Below, piece after piece: positions 10,826-23,789 of a stretch of DNA of 64,000 bases. Source of the DNA: Octopus sinensis. Lineage: Eukaryota. Numbering within the stretch: position 1 is the stretch's first letter; each line of letters begins with the position of its first letter. The DNA is taken from assembly GCF_006345805.1 (NCBI RefSeq), contig NC_043001.1:68634001-68698000 (forward strand). Direction: 5' to 3'. The notes under the pieces were generated by a model. The model saw only the letters and a program-made list of their open reading frames with translations, was not told where the DNA came from and did no database searches. Both the position numbers and the translations under genes were made by a program.

Positions 10826-13800
10826 CATCATCATCATCGTTTAACGTCCGTTCTCCATGCTAGCATGGGTTGGACGGTTCGACCAGGGATCTGGGAAGCC
10901 AGAAGGTTGCACCAGGCTCTAGTCTGATCTGGCAGTGTTTTTACAGCTGGATGCCCTTCCTAATGCCAACCACTCCGTGAGTGTAGTGGGTGCTTTTTAC
11001 ATGCCACCTGCACAGTTGTCAGGCGAGGCCGGCAACGGTCACGGTCGGATTGGTGCATTTTACGTGCCACCGGCACGGAAGCTAGTCGAGGCGACGCTGG
11101 CATCGGTCACGATTTGGATAGCGCTTTTTACGTACCGCCAGTCCAGGGGTCCATAGGATTGGTTCGATTTCGATTTCACTTGCCCCAACAGGTCTTCGCA
11201 AGCAGGTTGGTATGGGTGCTTGTCGTCAGATGAGGTTCGATTTCGATTTCGACTTCGCTTGCCTCAACAGGTCTTTGTGTGTCCAAGGGAGGAAAGACAT
11301 GCATAAGTGGGCTGGACTCACTTGTCCTGCCTGGTCTTCTCACGCACAGCATATTTCCAAAGGCCTCGGTGAGGCCTAAAGTTCGAAGGTCGTGCTTCAC
11401 CACCTCGTCCCAGGTTTTCCTGGGTCTACCTCTTCCACAGGTTCCCTAAACTGCTAGGGATTGGCACTTTTTCACAGACCTATCTTCATCCATTCTTGCC
11501 ACATGACCATACCAGCACAAACGTCTCTCTTGCACACCACAGCTGATGCTTCTTAGGTCCAACATTTCTCTCAAGGTACTAACACTCTGTCGAGTATACA
11601 CACTGACATTACACATCCATCGGAGCATACTGGCTTCATTCCTTGCGAGCTTACACATGTCCTCAGCAGTCACGGCCCATGTTTCACTGCCATGTAGCAT
11701 GGCTGTTCGTACACATGCATCATACAGTCTGCCTTTTACTCTGAGCAAGAGGTCTTTAGTCACCAGCAGAGGTAAGAGCTCCCTGAACTTTGCCCAGGCT
11801 ATTCCTACTCTAGCAGTTACACTTTCAGTGCACCCACCCGCACTACTGACTTGGTCACCTAGATAACGGAAGCTATCAACTACTTCTAGTTTTTACCCCT
11901 GGAAAGTGACGGAAGTTGTTTTCTGCAGATTTTCGGAGGTTAATGCTCCCGAGCATCTGCCACATGCAAAAACTATCTTCCCAGTTAGCCTTCCTTTGAC
12001 ATTGCTGCACCACTTATGTGTCCATAGCTTACACTGGATACATCTTATAGAGTTTCTACCTACACCTTTTCTACAGATCGAGCAGGGCCATCTTCCTGAA
12101 GGCATTTGTGGTTTGTCTACCTTCCTACTTATTAGTACTTTGGTTTTAGCTAGGTTGACTCTAAGGCCCCTCGATTCTAATCCCTCCTTCCACACCTGGA
12201 ACTTCTCCTCCAGTTCTGATAGTGACTCAGCAATTAGAGCAAGGTCGTCAGCATAGAGGAGCTCCCAAGGGCAACCTGTCTTGAATTCCTCCGTTATTGC
12301 CTGGAGGACTATGATAAATAGGAGGGGGCTGAGGACTGAACCCTGGTAGACCCCAACCTCTACCTTGAATTCTTCTGTGTACACATTGCCAACCCTAACC
12401 TTACTTACAGCATCCCTGTACATGGCTTGCACAGCTCTCACCAGCCGTTCATCTATCCCTAGTTTCCTCATTGACCACCAGATAAGGGATCGGGGGACCC
12501 TGTCAAAGGCTTTCTCCATGTCAACGAAAGCCAGGTACAGGGGCTTATCTTTGGCTAGGTATTTCTCCTGCAGCTGTCTCACCAGAAATATGGCATCAGT
12601 GGTGCTTTTCCCTGGCACGAAACCAAACTGCATCTCGTCCAAGTTGACTCTCTCCCTAATCAGTTGGGCTATGACCCTCTCCGTAACCTTCATTACCTGA
12701 TCCAATAGCTTGATACCTTTGTAATTATTTGTATCTAGGGTGTCTCCTTTACCTTTGTAGCAGTTGACTATTATGCTGCTACACATTAGGTATGACTCGT
12801 TCGTGTATCACCTGGTTAACTATACGGGTGACTAGGTTATAGCCGACACTGCCAGATATTTTGAGCATCTCTGCAGTAATTCCTGATGGGCCTGGAGCTT
12901 TCCCTGTCTTCATGCTTCTAATTGCCTTAACTACCAAAGAGTTCTTTGGTAGTTCAACTTGGATAGCTGGTCCCGCTGTTGGGTTGACATTCGGCAGACT
13001 CTCTTTATCCCATTCATTTTCTTTATTCAGCAACCTTTCATGGTGGCATCTCCAAACTTCTCTTTTTGCATCCTCATTTAGCGCAAGTGAACCATCATCC
13101 ATGCGAACGCATTTCTCTCCTACCACATCACGATTCTCTCTCACACACTGTCTTGCAACACGAAATACCTCAAGTCTTTGGTCCTCACGGAGCAGAACAT
13201 TGGCAAATTTTTTCTTATCTACTTCCCCTCTGGCTAAATAGACCTGTCTCCTAGCTTCCCTTCTGGCAGTCTGATACACTTCCCTGCTACCTCCATTCTT
13301 CAAGTCCTTCCAAGCCTGTTTCTTTTGTCTAATAGCCCTGTCAACCACGTCGTTCCACCACCACGTTACTTTGGGTCGAATGGGAACTTTGCACCAGCCA
13401 CAGATCTGGTCAGTGGCTCTCAGCAGGTTGTCCCGTAGAAACCTCCAGTTGTCTTCCACATTATGTGATTCTATATCCCCTTCTATTTCATCAAGGGCTT
13501 CGAGTAATACGTTTCTAAATCTCTGCCCATTTGCAGGATCTTTAAGTTTCCAGACCCTTCTCCTCCAGGCTGGTCTTCTGGGCATCCATTCAGCCCCGAT
13601 CCTGAAGTCGCTAACTACTAATCTATGTTGAGGGGTACATTCTTCGCCTGGGAAGGTTTTGGCATTTATAAGCAGCCCTCTTTCCCTTTTTCTGGTGAGG
13701 ATATAGTCAATTTGGCTGGTGTGTCTGCCAGAGCGATAGGTGACTAGGTGACAGGCGGGTTTCCTGAAGTTAGTATTGCAAACCATAAGATCATTTGCAT

Positions 13801-14630
13801 CGCAGAACTCCAGCAGTCTGGTTCCCTCCTCATTGCGGGAACCAAAACCATAGCCTCCATGTATACCATGGAAGCCCCCTGCACGTTGTCCAACATGTCC
13901 ATTGAAATCACCAGCTACAAAAAGAAGGTCTCTGTCGTTCGTCGACGAGGTAGTCTGCAATAGGGTGTCATAGAATTGGTCTTTCTGCCCCTCCAGTAGC
14001 CCCAGCTGAGAAGCATAGGCTGAGATAATGGTAGCTGACCTATGGTGAAGCACTAATCTAATCTTAAGTACTCTGTCACATACTCTGACTACCTCGATTA
14101 CCTTATCAACCCATTTCTCCGCAAGAAGTATACCCACGCCCCTGACTCCGTCAGTGTTCCCTACCCAGAAAATCTTGTACCTGTGTTCTTTGCCTGTGAG
14201 GAACCTAGCAGAACCTCCTCTCCACCTTACTTCTTGGATGCAGCACAAATCTACACGTCTCCGCTCTAGCATCTCAACAATCTCACCAGACCTACCTTTC
14301 AGTGTGCCAACGTTGAGTGTACCAACTCTGAGGGCGTGGGAGGTGTGGGCCTGTGAGACCCTGGGATGAGGGACAGCAGTGTCATGTACCTGAAAAGAAA
14401 GCTCGCTTTTGGCAGAATTCATAAGAAACACTTGACCACAACCTACGGACAATATACCATTTTCATGCGCTATATGATCAATAGACTCTACACAGGGGTG
14501 AGGTGGCATTTGGCCCTTAGAAGTGTTCGCGGGAGGTAAACGAGGAAGACATAGGTTAGGAACTTCAGGTTAAGGATAGGGACTTCCGGTGTGTGGAGGG
14601 GTGGGAAGGCGGGTGTATCGCGACACAGCA
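10826..14630 (-). mobile_element. RTE-clade LINE, near full length, APE endonuclease plus RT, with (GAT)n tail
   Basis: APE motifs (GTLNVGTL, CIQEVRW, GDFNGHVG, SQIDYIL) in 12779-14509. RT motifs (QFGF, FVDMEKAFDRVPR, QGSVLSPLLF, LYADDL) in 11893-12786. C-terminal RGRP..W near 11400-11440. 3'UTR runs to (CAT)n at 10826. Confidence 0.95.
11315..14509 (-). pseudogene. RTE ORF (EN-RT) with four inferred lesions
   Basis: Frameshift near 12787, in-frame stops at 11893-11895 (TAA) and 11446-11448 (TAG) with the frame continuing beyond each, and a small deletion near 11363. Confidence 0.85.
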
Positions 14631-14633
14631 AAC

Positions 14634-14639
14634 ATATAT

Positions 14640-14718
<79 letters not shown>

Positions 14719-14913
14719 TGTATATATATACATATATACACACATATATATGCATATATATATATACATGTATCTACACACATATACACACATATATATA
14801 TACATATATATGCATACATATATATACATGTATATACATATATTTGCATATATATATATATACATGTATATACATATATTTGCATATATATATATATATA
14901 TATACATGTATAT

Positions 14914-14952
<39 letters not shown>

Positions 14953-15085
14953 CATACATATTCATATATATATATACATATATATATGCATAGAGAGATA
15001 CATATACACATATATATGCATAGTCATATATATGCAAACAGACATACATGCATATAGACATACAGAAATACATACATACATACAT
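14634..15085. repeat. Compound (TA)n/(CA)n microsatellite
   Basis: Seen directly. Confidence 0.95.
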
Positions 15086-15104
15086 GAGACAAGTGTAAAC
15101 AAAC

Positions 15105-15592
15105 TAAAATTGCTGATGTAGCCGATGACAGTGTTGCCTGATTGGCACTCGTGCCAGTGGAACGTTGAAAGCCCTATCGAGTGTGATCATTGCCAGGGAC
15201 ACAGATTGGCTCCCATGGTGGTGACACGTGAAAAGTACCATTCGAGCATGATCGTTACCAGCGTCGCCTTACCAGCACATGTGCCGGTGGTACATGAAAA
15301 AGAACATTCGAACGTTGTTGTTGCCAGCACTGCTGGCAGCACATGAAAACACCTTTTGCGCATAAGTGTGTCTTTGCCAGAACAGCCTGATTGGCCCTCG
15401 TGCTGGTGGTACATAAAAAGCACACACTACACTCTCGGAGTGGTTGGCGTTAGGAAGGGCATCCAACTGTAGAAACTTTGCCAAACCAGATTGAGCCAGG
15501 TGCAGCCTCTGGCTCACTAGTCCTCAGTGAAACTGTCCAACCCATGGCAGCATGGAAAGCAGACGTTAAACAATGATGATGATGATGATGAT
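15105..15592 (+). mobile_element. Family C repeat (RTE 3'UTR-like) with internal repeats and (GAT)n tail
   Basis: 15410-15590 is the reverse complement of 10826-11010 ('cacactctcggagtggttggcgttaggaagggcatcca..ccaacccatggcagcatgg..cgttaaacaatgatgatg'). Confidence 0.8.
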
Positions 15593-15639
15593 ATATATAT
15601 ATATGTATATATATATGCATAGATACATATATGTTAAAT

Positions 15640-16535
15640 AAGCTCAACAAGGCAAAGGGAATCTGATATTCCTAGGACATTTATAAATAGATACATGGTC
15701 TTACAGCTGTTTCGGGGAAATAAATGATATCCCATTATCAGAGACAATTTAAAATAGCCTCAATAGAGTTCATTTTTTTTTTAAAGTTATTCTTGAGAGG
15801 GAGAGATATGCAAAAAATTGGATCTAATGCAGAAAGTACAAAAGGAAAATGTGAAAATAAAACATAACAAAGTTGTTGTTTCGTTATCCAAGAAATGTGT
15901 TGTGTGGAATGGGTAAAGAAAGTTCTTGTCCATAATGTGTAAAGTCCGATAAGAAATCCTATGTGTTCTGATTTCAAATGGATAGAGTGCAGATATCAAT
16001 TCCATGTGTTGTTTATTCAAAAGGATCTTTTAGTGTGAATGAATTTTGAGAATTATACATGGAAGGCAAAGTAGATGGAGAAAGGAACAGATAAGAAGAA
16101 TGTCTAAAGGAAGAAAGAAGTATGTATGGGAGAGTGTATGTATTGGTGAAAGGACTTAGGGGAGTGGTATTCATAAGGGCTGGTGTAGAGGTGAGGAAGG
16201 AAAAAGAGAGAGAAAAATGAAAGGAGAAAAAATAGGAGTGTTAGATACTGGTCAAGATATTATAAGTGGTGGGGAGAGGAGAGCTATCAATGGATAGAAG
16301 GAATAGGGAGAGGGACAGAAACAAAAGAAGGTATGAGAAGTTGGAGTTGGGGGATAGGTTTGAAAAGGCAGTAAGGTGCAGAGATAGATAAAAAAAATGT
16401 GGTACAGTGGGGGAGGGTTAGACTGAATGTGTGTAGTAAGCCTCCAGAAGGAAAGCAAGGGGGTGAAATAATAAGGAAGAGTGCTAGGAATTAAGGAGTG
16501 ACTGGGGAGATATAATGGTAAAGTTTCTAAGAGAT
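15640..16535 (-). mobile_element. Penelope-like element terminal region (pLTR-like)
   Basis: Contains a hammerhead motif and shares 'catttata..ataga..gtcttacagctg' with 27660-27730 and 49050-49130. The PLE assignment rests on the ribozyme only. Confidence 0.45.
15698..15745 (-). ncRNA. Minimal type I hammerhead ribozyme motif, degenerate (G8A)
   Basis: Minus strand reads GTCT-CTGATAA-tGGGA..TCCCc-GAAAC-AGCT-GTA^AGAC. Confidence 0.7.
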
Positions 16536-16574
16536 ATATTATATATATAATATATATATATATATACACACATA

Positions 16575-16612
16575 TGAGCAAAACGACCCCCCCCACCGGG
16601 CGATACTGCTAG
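16575..16612 (+). mobile_element. Helitron 3' terminus fragment
   Basis: 'ccgggcgatactgCTAG|t' is identical to the Helitron end at 26970-26987. Confidence 0.65.
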
Positions 16613-16645
16613 TATATATATATATATATTATATATATATATATG

Positions 16646-16684
<39 letters not shown>

Positions 16685-16753
16685 GTATGTGTATATATAT
16701 GTATGTGTATATATATATATATATGTATATGTATGTGTATATATATATATATG

Positions 16754-16837
<84 letters not shown>

Positions 16838-17007
16838 TGTGTATATATATCTATGTATGTGTAATATATGTATGTGTATATATATATATATATAGATATA
16901 TAATATATATATATATATATATGAATGTGTATATATATATATGTATGTGTATATATATGTATGTGTATAATATATATATATAATATATATATATTACTAT
17001 GAATGTG

Positions 17008-17048
<41 letters not shown>

Positions 17049-17162
17049 TGTGTATATATATATATGTATGTGTATATATATATATGTATGTGTATATATA
17101 TATATATATATATAATATATATGAATGTGTATATAATATATATATATATATATATATATTGA

Positions 17163-17203
<41 letters not shown>

Positions 17204-17271
17204 TGTGTATATATATATGGTGTGTATATATATATATATGTATATAATATATAATAATATATATATATATG

Positions 17272-17309
<38 letters not shown>

Positions 17310-17390
17310 GATATATATATATGAATGTGTATATATATATATATAATATATGTATGTGTATATATATTATATATGTATGGTGTAATATAA

Positions 17391-17424
<34 letters not shown>

Positions 17425-17474
17425 GTATATATATATATATATATATATAATGATATATTATATATATATATATA

Positions 17475-17520
<46 letters not shown>

Positions 17521-17650
17521 ATATATGTATATATTATATATAATATATATATATATATATAATATATATATATATGATATATGTATATATATATATATAT
17601 ATCTATATATATATATAATATATATGTATATATATATTTTAATATATATA
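16613..17650. repeat. (TA)n array with periodic TGAATGTG/TGTATGTG interruptions
   Basis: Seen directly. Confidence 0.95.
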
Positions 17651-17760
17651 AATTTTAATATTTCCTATTATTGAAAACAAGTGGATGTATTCCACCGAGC
17701 TAGGTAAATAAAACCTTCGAACAGAGATTGTCAGAAGCGACACACCTACTGTCTGGCTAC

Positions 17761-17805
17761 GACTGCATTGAAAAGGGGCAATACCCCGAAACGGCGTCTG
17801 CACTC
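17761..17805 (+). ncRNA. Minimal type I hammerhead ribozyme with U3-A8 core variant
   Basis: ga(c)TGCA-TTGAAAA-GGGG caata CCCC-GAAAC-ggc-GTC^TGCA(c)tc. Stems I, II and III, the GAAA motif and a GUC cleavage triplet are all present. Confidence 0.8.
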
Positions 17806-17974
17806 CCGGTCAAGTAGTGTGGAGCGACTGACCTCCCTTGTTCGAAGGTTATATGGATACAGTTTGTGTATCAAATAGCTAACTTAAGGCGATGGCCTCA
17901 TGGAGCTAATAAGCGGAGAGCTTTTTTTTTTTTTATTTTATAAGAATGCCATATTAGTATGGCGATAACTATTA

Positions 17975-18386
17975 TATATATCTATATCTATATATATATA
18001 TATGTGTATATATTAGTATATATTATGTGTATATATATATATAATAGTATAATATAATATATTGTATATATATATATGTGTATTATATATATATGTGTAT
18101 ATATATATATGTGTATATATATATATATGTGTAATATAATAATGTGTATATTATTAATATATATGTGTATATATATATATACATTTGTGTAATATATATA
18201 TAATATGTGTATATAATATAATACATAAATGTGTATATATATATATATATATATATGTGTTATATATATATATGTGTATATATATATATACATATATGTG
18301 TTATATATATATATATATGTGTATATGTAATATATATATATATATAATTATATATATATATATATTATAATATATATATATCTATA

Positions 18387-18427
<41 letters not shown>

Positions 18428-18489
18428 ATATATATATATATATCTATATATATATTATAATATATAATAAATATATATATATATATATG

Positions 18490-18537
<48 letters not shown>

Positions 18538-18591
18538 GTATATATATATATATATATATAATATATAGGTATATATTATATATATAATATA

Positions 18592-18632
<41 letters not shown>

Positions 18633-18695
18633 TATATATAGATATATATATATATCTATATATATAAATATACATATATATATATATAATAATAT
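17975..18695. repeat. (TA)n/(TG) microsatellite array
   Basis: Seen directly. Confidence 0.95.
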
Positions 18696-21600
18696 TACTG
18701 AATGTAGGAGGGCTGCTGCGCGGAAACTGTAAAAAGAAAATTTCATTCCTGAGAGACCTTGTGACATGCAATCAAGCTATATGCATGGCACTCACAGAAC
18801 GCATCTTGAACCCGATATAGGTGATGCAGAAATACACATGCCGCAATATGCAGTCATACGCACAGATAGAAAAGGAGGAGCCATGGTGGAGTTGCAATGT
18901 ACATCCGAGATGACCTCACGCCCAGGTCCTGCTGTCATATTCAAACTCAGTATGTGAACTCAAATTGTACACATAAGAACAACTGAATATCGTCATATGC
19001 ACTACATATCGCCCACCAGACGCCCCAAAACACTCAGGCATGTTTGAAGACTGCCTAACAAAAATAGGAGAAGTCCTCACCAACCTTGAACAGCACAACA
19101 GTGTATTCTTCATGGGTGACTTTAACCTCCCCAATGTGGAATGGCCTGGGGGGCAGATGCTCCCAGGGATGACACACCATCAGCAGGCACAGGTGGAGTC
19201 CCTGCTCCATCTCACAAATACCTCTTTCATGGAGCAAATAGTTCTGCAACCAACAAGGGCAGATAATATACTGGATCTCTGCTTTACAAACAATATGGAT
19301 ATTATCCATAATGTTAATGTGATGCCGACAATGATCTCGGATCACAACATAATAGAGCTGTCTATGTATGGAACAAAAGCCCCCGCAGACACACAGCCTA
19401 TACGAAGCACCCACCATCTCTCCAACTTAAACTTTCATAAAGCCAACTGGAAGTCGATTGAGAAAGAGATCCTCAAACAGGATTGGCCTGAATGTCTCTC
19501 CACACCGGACATAACATGAAACACAAACACTTCATGTCCATAATACAAGCCATATGTGACAAATATGTCCAATGTGCAGGGCCAGCACACACAAGAATAA
19601 AAACAGGATCCCTAGAGAAAGGAGGATTCTTATGAGACGACGGACAAGGATTGCAAACCGCCTGAGCAAGCACACCAAAAGTGGTGAGAAGTCTCGGCTC
19701 GAAAGAATGCTAATGGAAACTGAGAAAAGTCTACATCAGTCCCATGAAAAGGAGAGAGCAGATAAAGAAGCTTGGGTAATAGAAAATATAAAATCAAACC
19801 CTAAAGCTTTCTTTAAGTTTGCCAAAGAGACAGCCACATGCAACAGTGCACAGAGATAGACCTCTCTTCCAAAAGATGGCTCTCTCACAGGAAATCCCAC
19901 GAGGATAAGTGAAATACTGAACGAACAGTTCCAAAGTGTGTTCACTACACCTCTAGGACACAGGCAAGTAAACAACCCAGAAGAATTCTTTGCCACTTTA
20001 CCAGCGGCCAAAGACAAAATTGAGTACATCAACATCGAAGAAGATGATATCACACTAGCCATTGATGAGATTGACACAAACTCAGCTGCTGGACCTGATG
20101 GATTCCCAGCGATCCTTCTCAAATCGTGCAAACGAGCCCTTGCAAAACCGCTACAGCTTCTTTTTCAGAGCTTTCTTGCAAGTGGTAAGCTCCCAGTCAA
20201 ACTGAAAGAGGGGGTAATATGCCCTATCCATAAGGGAGGTAGCAGAGCAGATGCTAAAATTATAGGCCTATCTCTCTGACCTCACACATCAGCAAAGTCA
20301 TGGAACGAATAGTCCGTAAGAAACTAATCATGTTCCTTGAAGAAAATGACTTACTGTCTGACACCAGCATGGATTTCGACCAGGTAGAGGCTGCCTAACA
20401 CAGCTCCTGCAGCACTATGACTGGGTGTTGAAACAGCTACTAAATGGCTCAAATGTGGATGTAATATATCTTGACTTTGCAAAAGCCTTTGATAAAGTCG
20501 ACCATGGTATGATCTGTCACAAACTGCGTGGTCTCGGCATAGGCGGGAAACTTGGAGAGTGGCTGCACAACTTCTCCTAAAAGACAGAAAACAGGCAGTT
20601 GTGAGCAATGGAGCCACCTCCAGGGAAACGCAATAACAAGCGGTGTCCCACAGGGCACTGTCTTGGGGCCACTGATGTTCATAGTGGCCCTTTCAGACAT
20701 GCCTTCAGTTGCTACGATGACCACCCTTGCTAGCTATGCAGATGACACAAAGGTCTCCCACGCAATACAGAACCCTGAAAATATTGCGCATCTGCAACAT
20801 GAGCTGGACACAATATACAGTGGGCTGAGGACAACAACATGCAGTTTAATGCAGGTAAGTTCCAGGCCCTGCGCTACTGGCACACAAAGGTAAATGACGT
20901 GAAACTGGATACACTGGCCCAGGAAGAATTGCAATCCCTGAGTCAAAATCAGTGCGTGACCTGGGCATTGACATGAGCAATGATGCATCTTTCCAATGCA
21001 TATTGCTAATCTGGTGATAAAATGCAGACGGCTAGCTGGATGGATTCTCCGAACTTTCAGAACAAGAGAGAAGGAGACACTGATGGTCCTATGGAAAACA
21101 TTTGTCCTCAGCCGCTTGGACTACTGCTCCCAACTTTGGTCACCACACAATATAAAACAAACAGCAGAACTCGAAGCAACTCAGAGAAGCTACACAAAGA
21201 AAATCGTCTCAATGCAAAATTCAGCTACTGGAAAGACTGAAGGTATTAAACCTCTTCTCCCTGGAGCGGAGGCGGGAAGATATGCAGTAATATACATCTG
21301 GAAAATCCTGGAGGGTCTTGTCCCAAACTTTGGCATTCAAAGTTACTCCACCGCAGAACGGGGCGCCGCTGCGTGGTGCCAAGGATTCCAACATCACCAT
21401 CAAAATACAGGTCCAGATACTGCAACAGCTTGGGTTTCAGAGGACCACAGCTTTTCAACATCCTCCCTAAATGCCTGAGAGACTTACATGGTGTGGATGT
21501 GGGTTTCTTTAAAACTAAACTGGATCTCTTCTTGTTGGGAGTCCCAGATGAACCTACCTCACGACAGAGACGCGGATGCGGGCAGCAGCATCGAACTCCC

Positions 21601-21718
21601 TTGTTGATCAAGTGCCACGTATCAGAGGTGGATTCACAAACTAGTGTGGCTCATTCAGCGGTGGTGCCCCAGCATGGCCGCGGCCTTCGGGCTAAAACAT
21701 TTTTAAGGATTTAAGGAT
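18696..21718 (+). mobile_element. CR1-group LINE ORF2 region (APE plus RT), frameshifted (copy 2)
   Basis: 'LNVGGL', 'TYRPP', 'MGDFNLP', 'NILDLCFTN', 'SDHN' (EN); 'AGPDGFP', 'SGVPQGTVLGPLMF', 'YADDTK' (RT); 'YCNSLGFRGPQLFN'. The 3' tail is at 21661-21718. Confidence 0.92.
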
Positions 21719-21982
21719 ATAATATATATTATATATATATTATATTATATATATATATATATAATATATATAGTATATATATAATGTATATATAATATAT
21801 ATATATATATTATATATATATATGTGTATATATATATATATATAGATATATATATAGATTCTATAATATATATATATATATCTATATATATATATGTATA
21901 TATTATATATATTTATATATCTATATATCTATATATATGTATATATAATATTATATGTATAATATAAATATAATATATTATG

Positions 21983-22013
<31 letters not shown>

Positions 22014-22025
22014 GGTATATATATG

Positions 22026-22100
<75 letters not shown>

Positions 22101-22185
22101 GATAATATATATATATATATATATATGTATATTATATATATATATATATGTTATAATATATATATGTATATAATATTATATGTAG

Positions 22186-22224
<39 letters not shown>

Positions 22225-22429
22225 ATATATAGATGTATATCTATATATTATATATATATAATATATTATATAATATATATTATATATATATATATGTATT
22301 AATATATATAATATGTATATATATATATATATATATAATGTATATATATGTATATATATGTATATAATGTATATATGTATATAATGTAATATATATGTAT
22401 ATATGTATTATATATATTATAATTTATAC

Positions 22430-22464
<35 letters not shown>

Positions 22465-22593
22465 CATATATATATAATATCAATACATATATATATAATT
22501 ATACATACTATATATTATATATATATACATTAATATATATATACATATATATCTATACATATATTATATACATACATATATATTATATATAGT

Positions 22594-22634
<41 letters not shown>

Positions 22635-22701
22635 AATATACATATATATATATATAATATACATATATATATATATGTATATCTATAATTATAATAGATA
22701 T

Positions 22702-22735
<34 letters not shown>

Positions 22736-22780
22736 ATAATATATATCTATATATAGTATATATATATGTATATATATGTA

Positions 22781-22838
<58 letters not shown>

Positions 22839-23059
22839 GTATAATATATATCTATATATATATGTATATCATATATGTATATATATATATATAATAATAT
22901 ATATATATGTATATATACTATATTATATATATATCATATATATATATATGTATATATATATATATGTATATATATGTATATATAATGTATATATATATAT
23001 ATATATTTATAGATATATGTATATATATATATGTATATGTATAATATATATAGATATCA

Positions 23060-23097
<38 letters not shown>

Positions 23098-23147
23098 GTA
23101 TATATAAATATTATATATAATATATTGATATATATATATTATATATA

Positions 23148-23191
<44 letters not shown>

Positions 23192-23469
23192 ATATATATA
23201 TATATATATATGTATATATTATTATAATATATATGTATATATATATATTATATATGTATATATATCTATATATATGTATATTATATATATAATATATATA
23301 TGTATCTGTATATTATATATTAATATATATTATATCTATATATTATATCATATATATATATAATATATATGTATATATATTAATATTATATATAGTATAT
23401 TATATATATATTGTATATATATATATATAATATATATATATGTATATATTATATATCTATATATGTATA

Positions 23470-23501
<32 letters not shown>

Positions 23502-23515
23502 TTATATATATGTAT

Positions 23516-23549
<34 letters not shown>

Positions 23550-23565
23550 ATATATAATATAATAT

Positions 23566-23608
<43 letters not shown>

Positions 23609-23697
23609 ATGTATAATATATATATATAATATGTATGTATATATATATATATATAGGTATAATATTATATATATGTATATATATATATATATATGTA

Positions 23698-23732
<35 letters not shown>

Positions 23733-23780
23733 TATAGGTATAATATATATCTATGTATGTACATATATATATATTATTCG
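21719..23780. repeat. Very long imperfect (TA)n array (~2 kb)
   Basis: Seen directly. Confidence 0.95.
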
Positions 23781-23789
23781 TAGTTATAT

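Noticed and set aside
11546-14369. Plus-strand ORFs overlapping the RTE, and antisense ORFs over the CR1, Tx1 and mariner elements
   Set aside because: Shadow frames of retroelement coding sequence.
14488-15121. Long Y/I/C/M/H-rich ORFs (also at 16.6-18.4, 21.9-23.8, 34.4, 43.2, 52-53.5 and 55.9-57.9 kb)
   Set aside because: Translations of (TA)n/(CA)n/(TG)n microsatellites, not genes.
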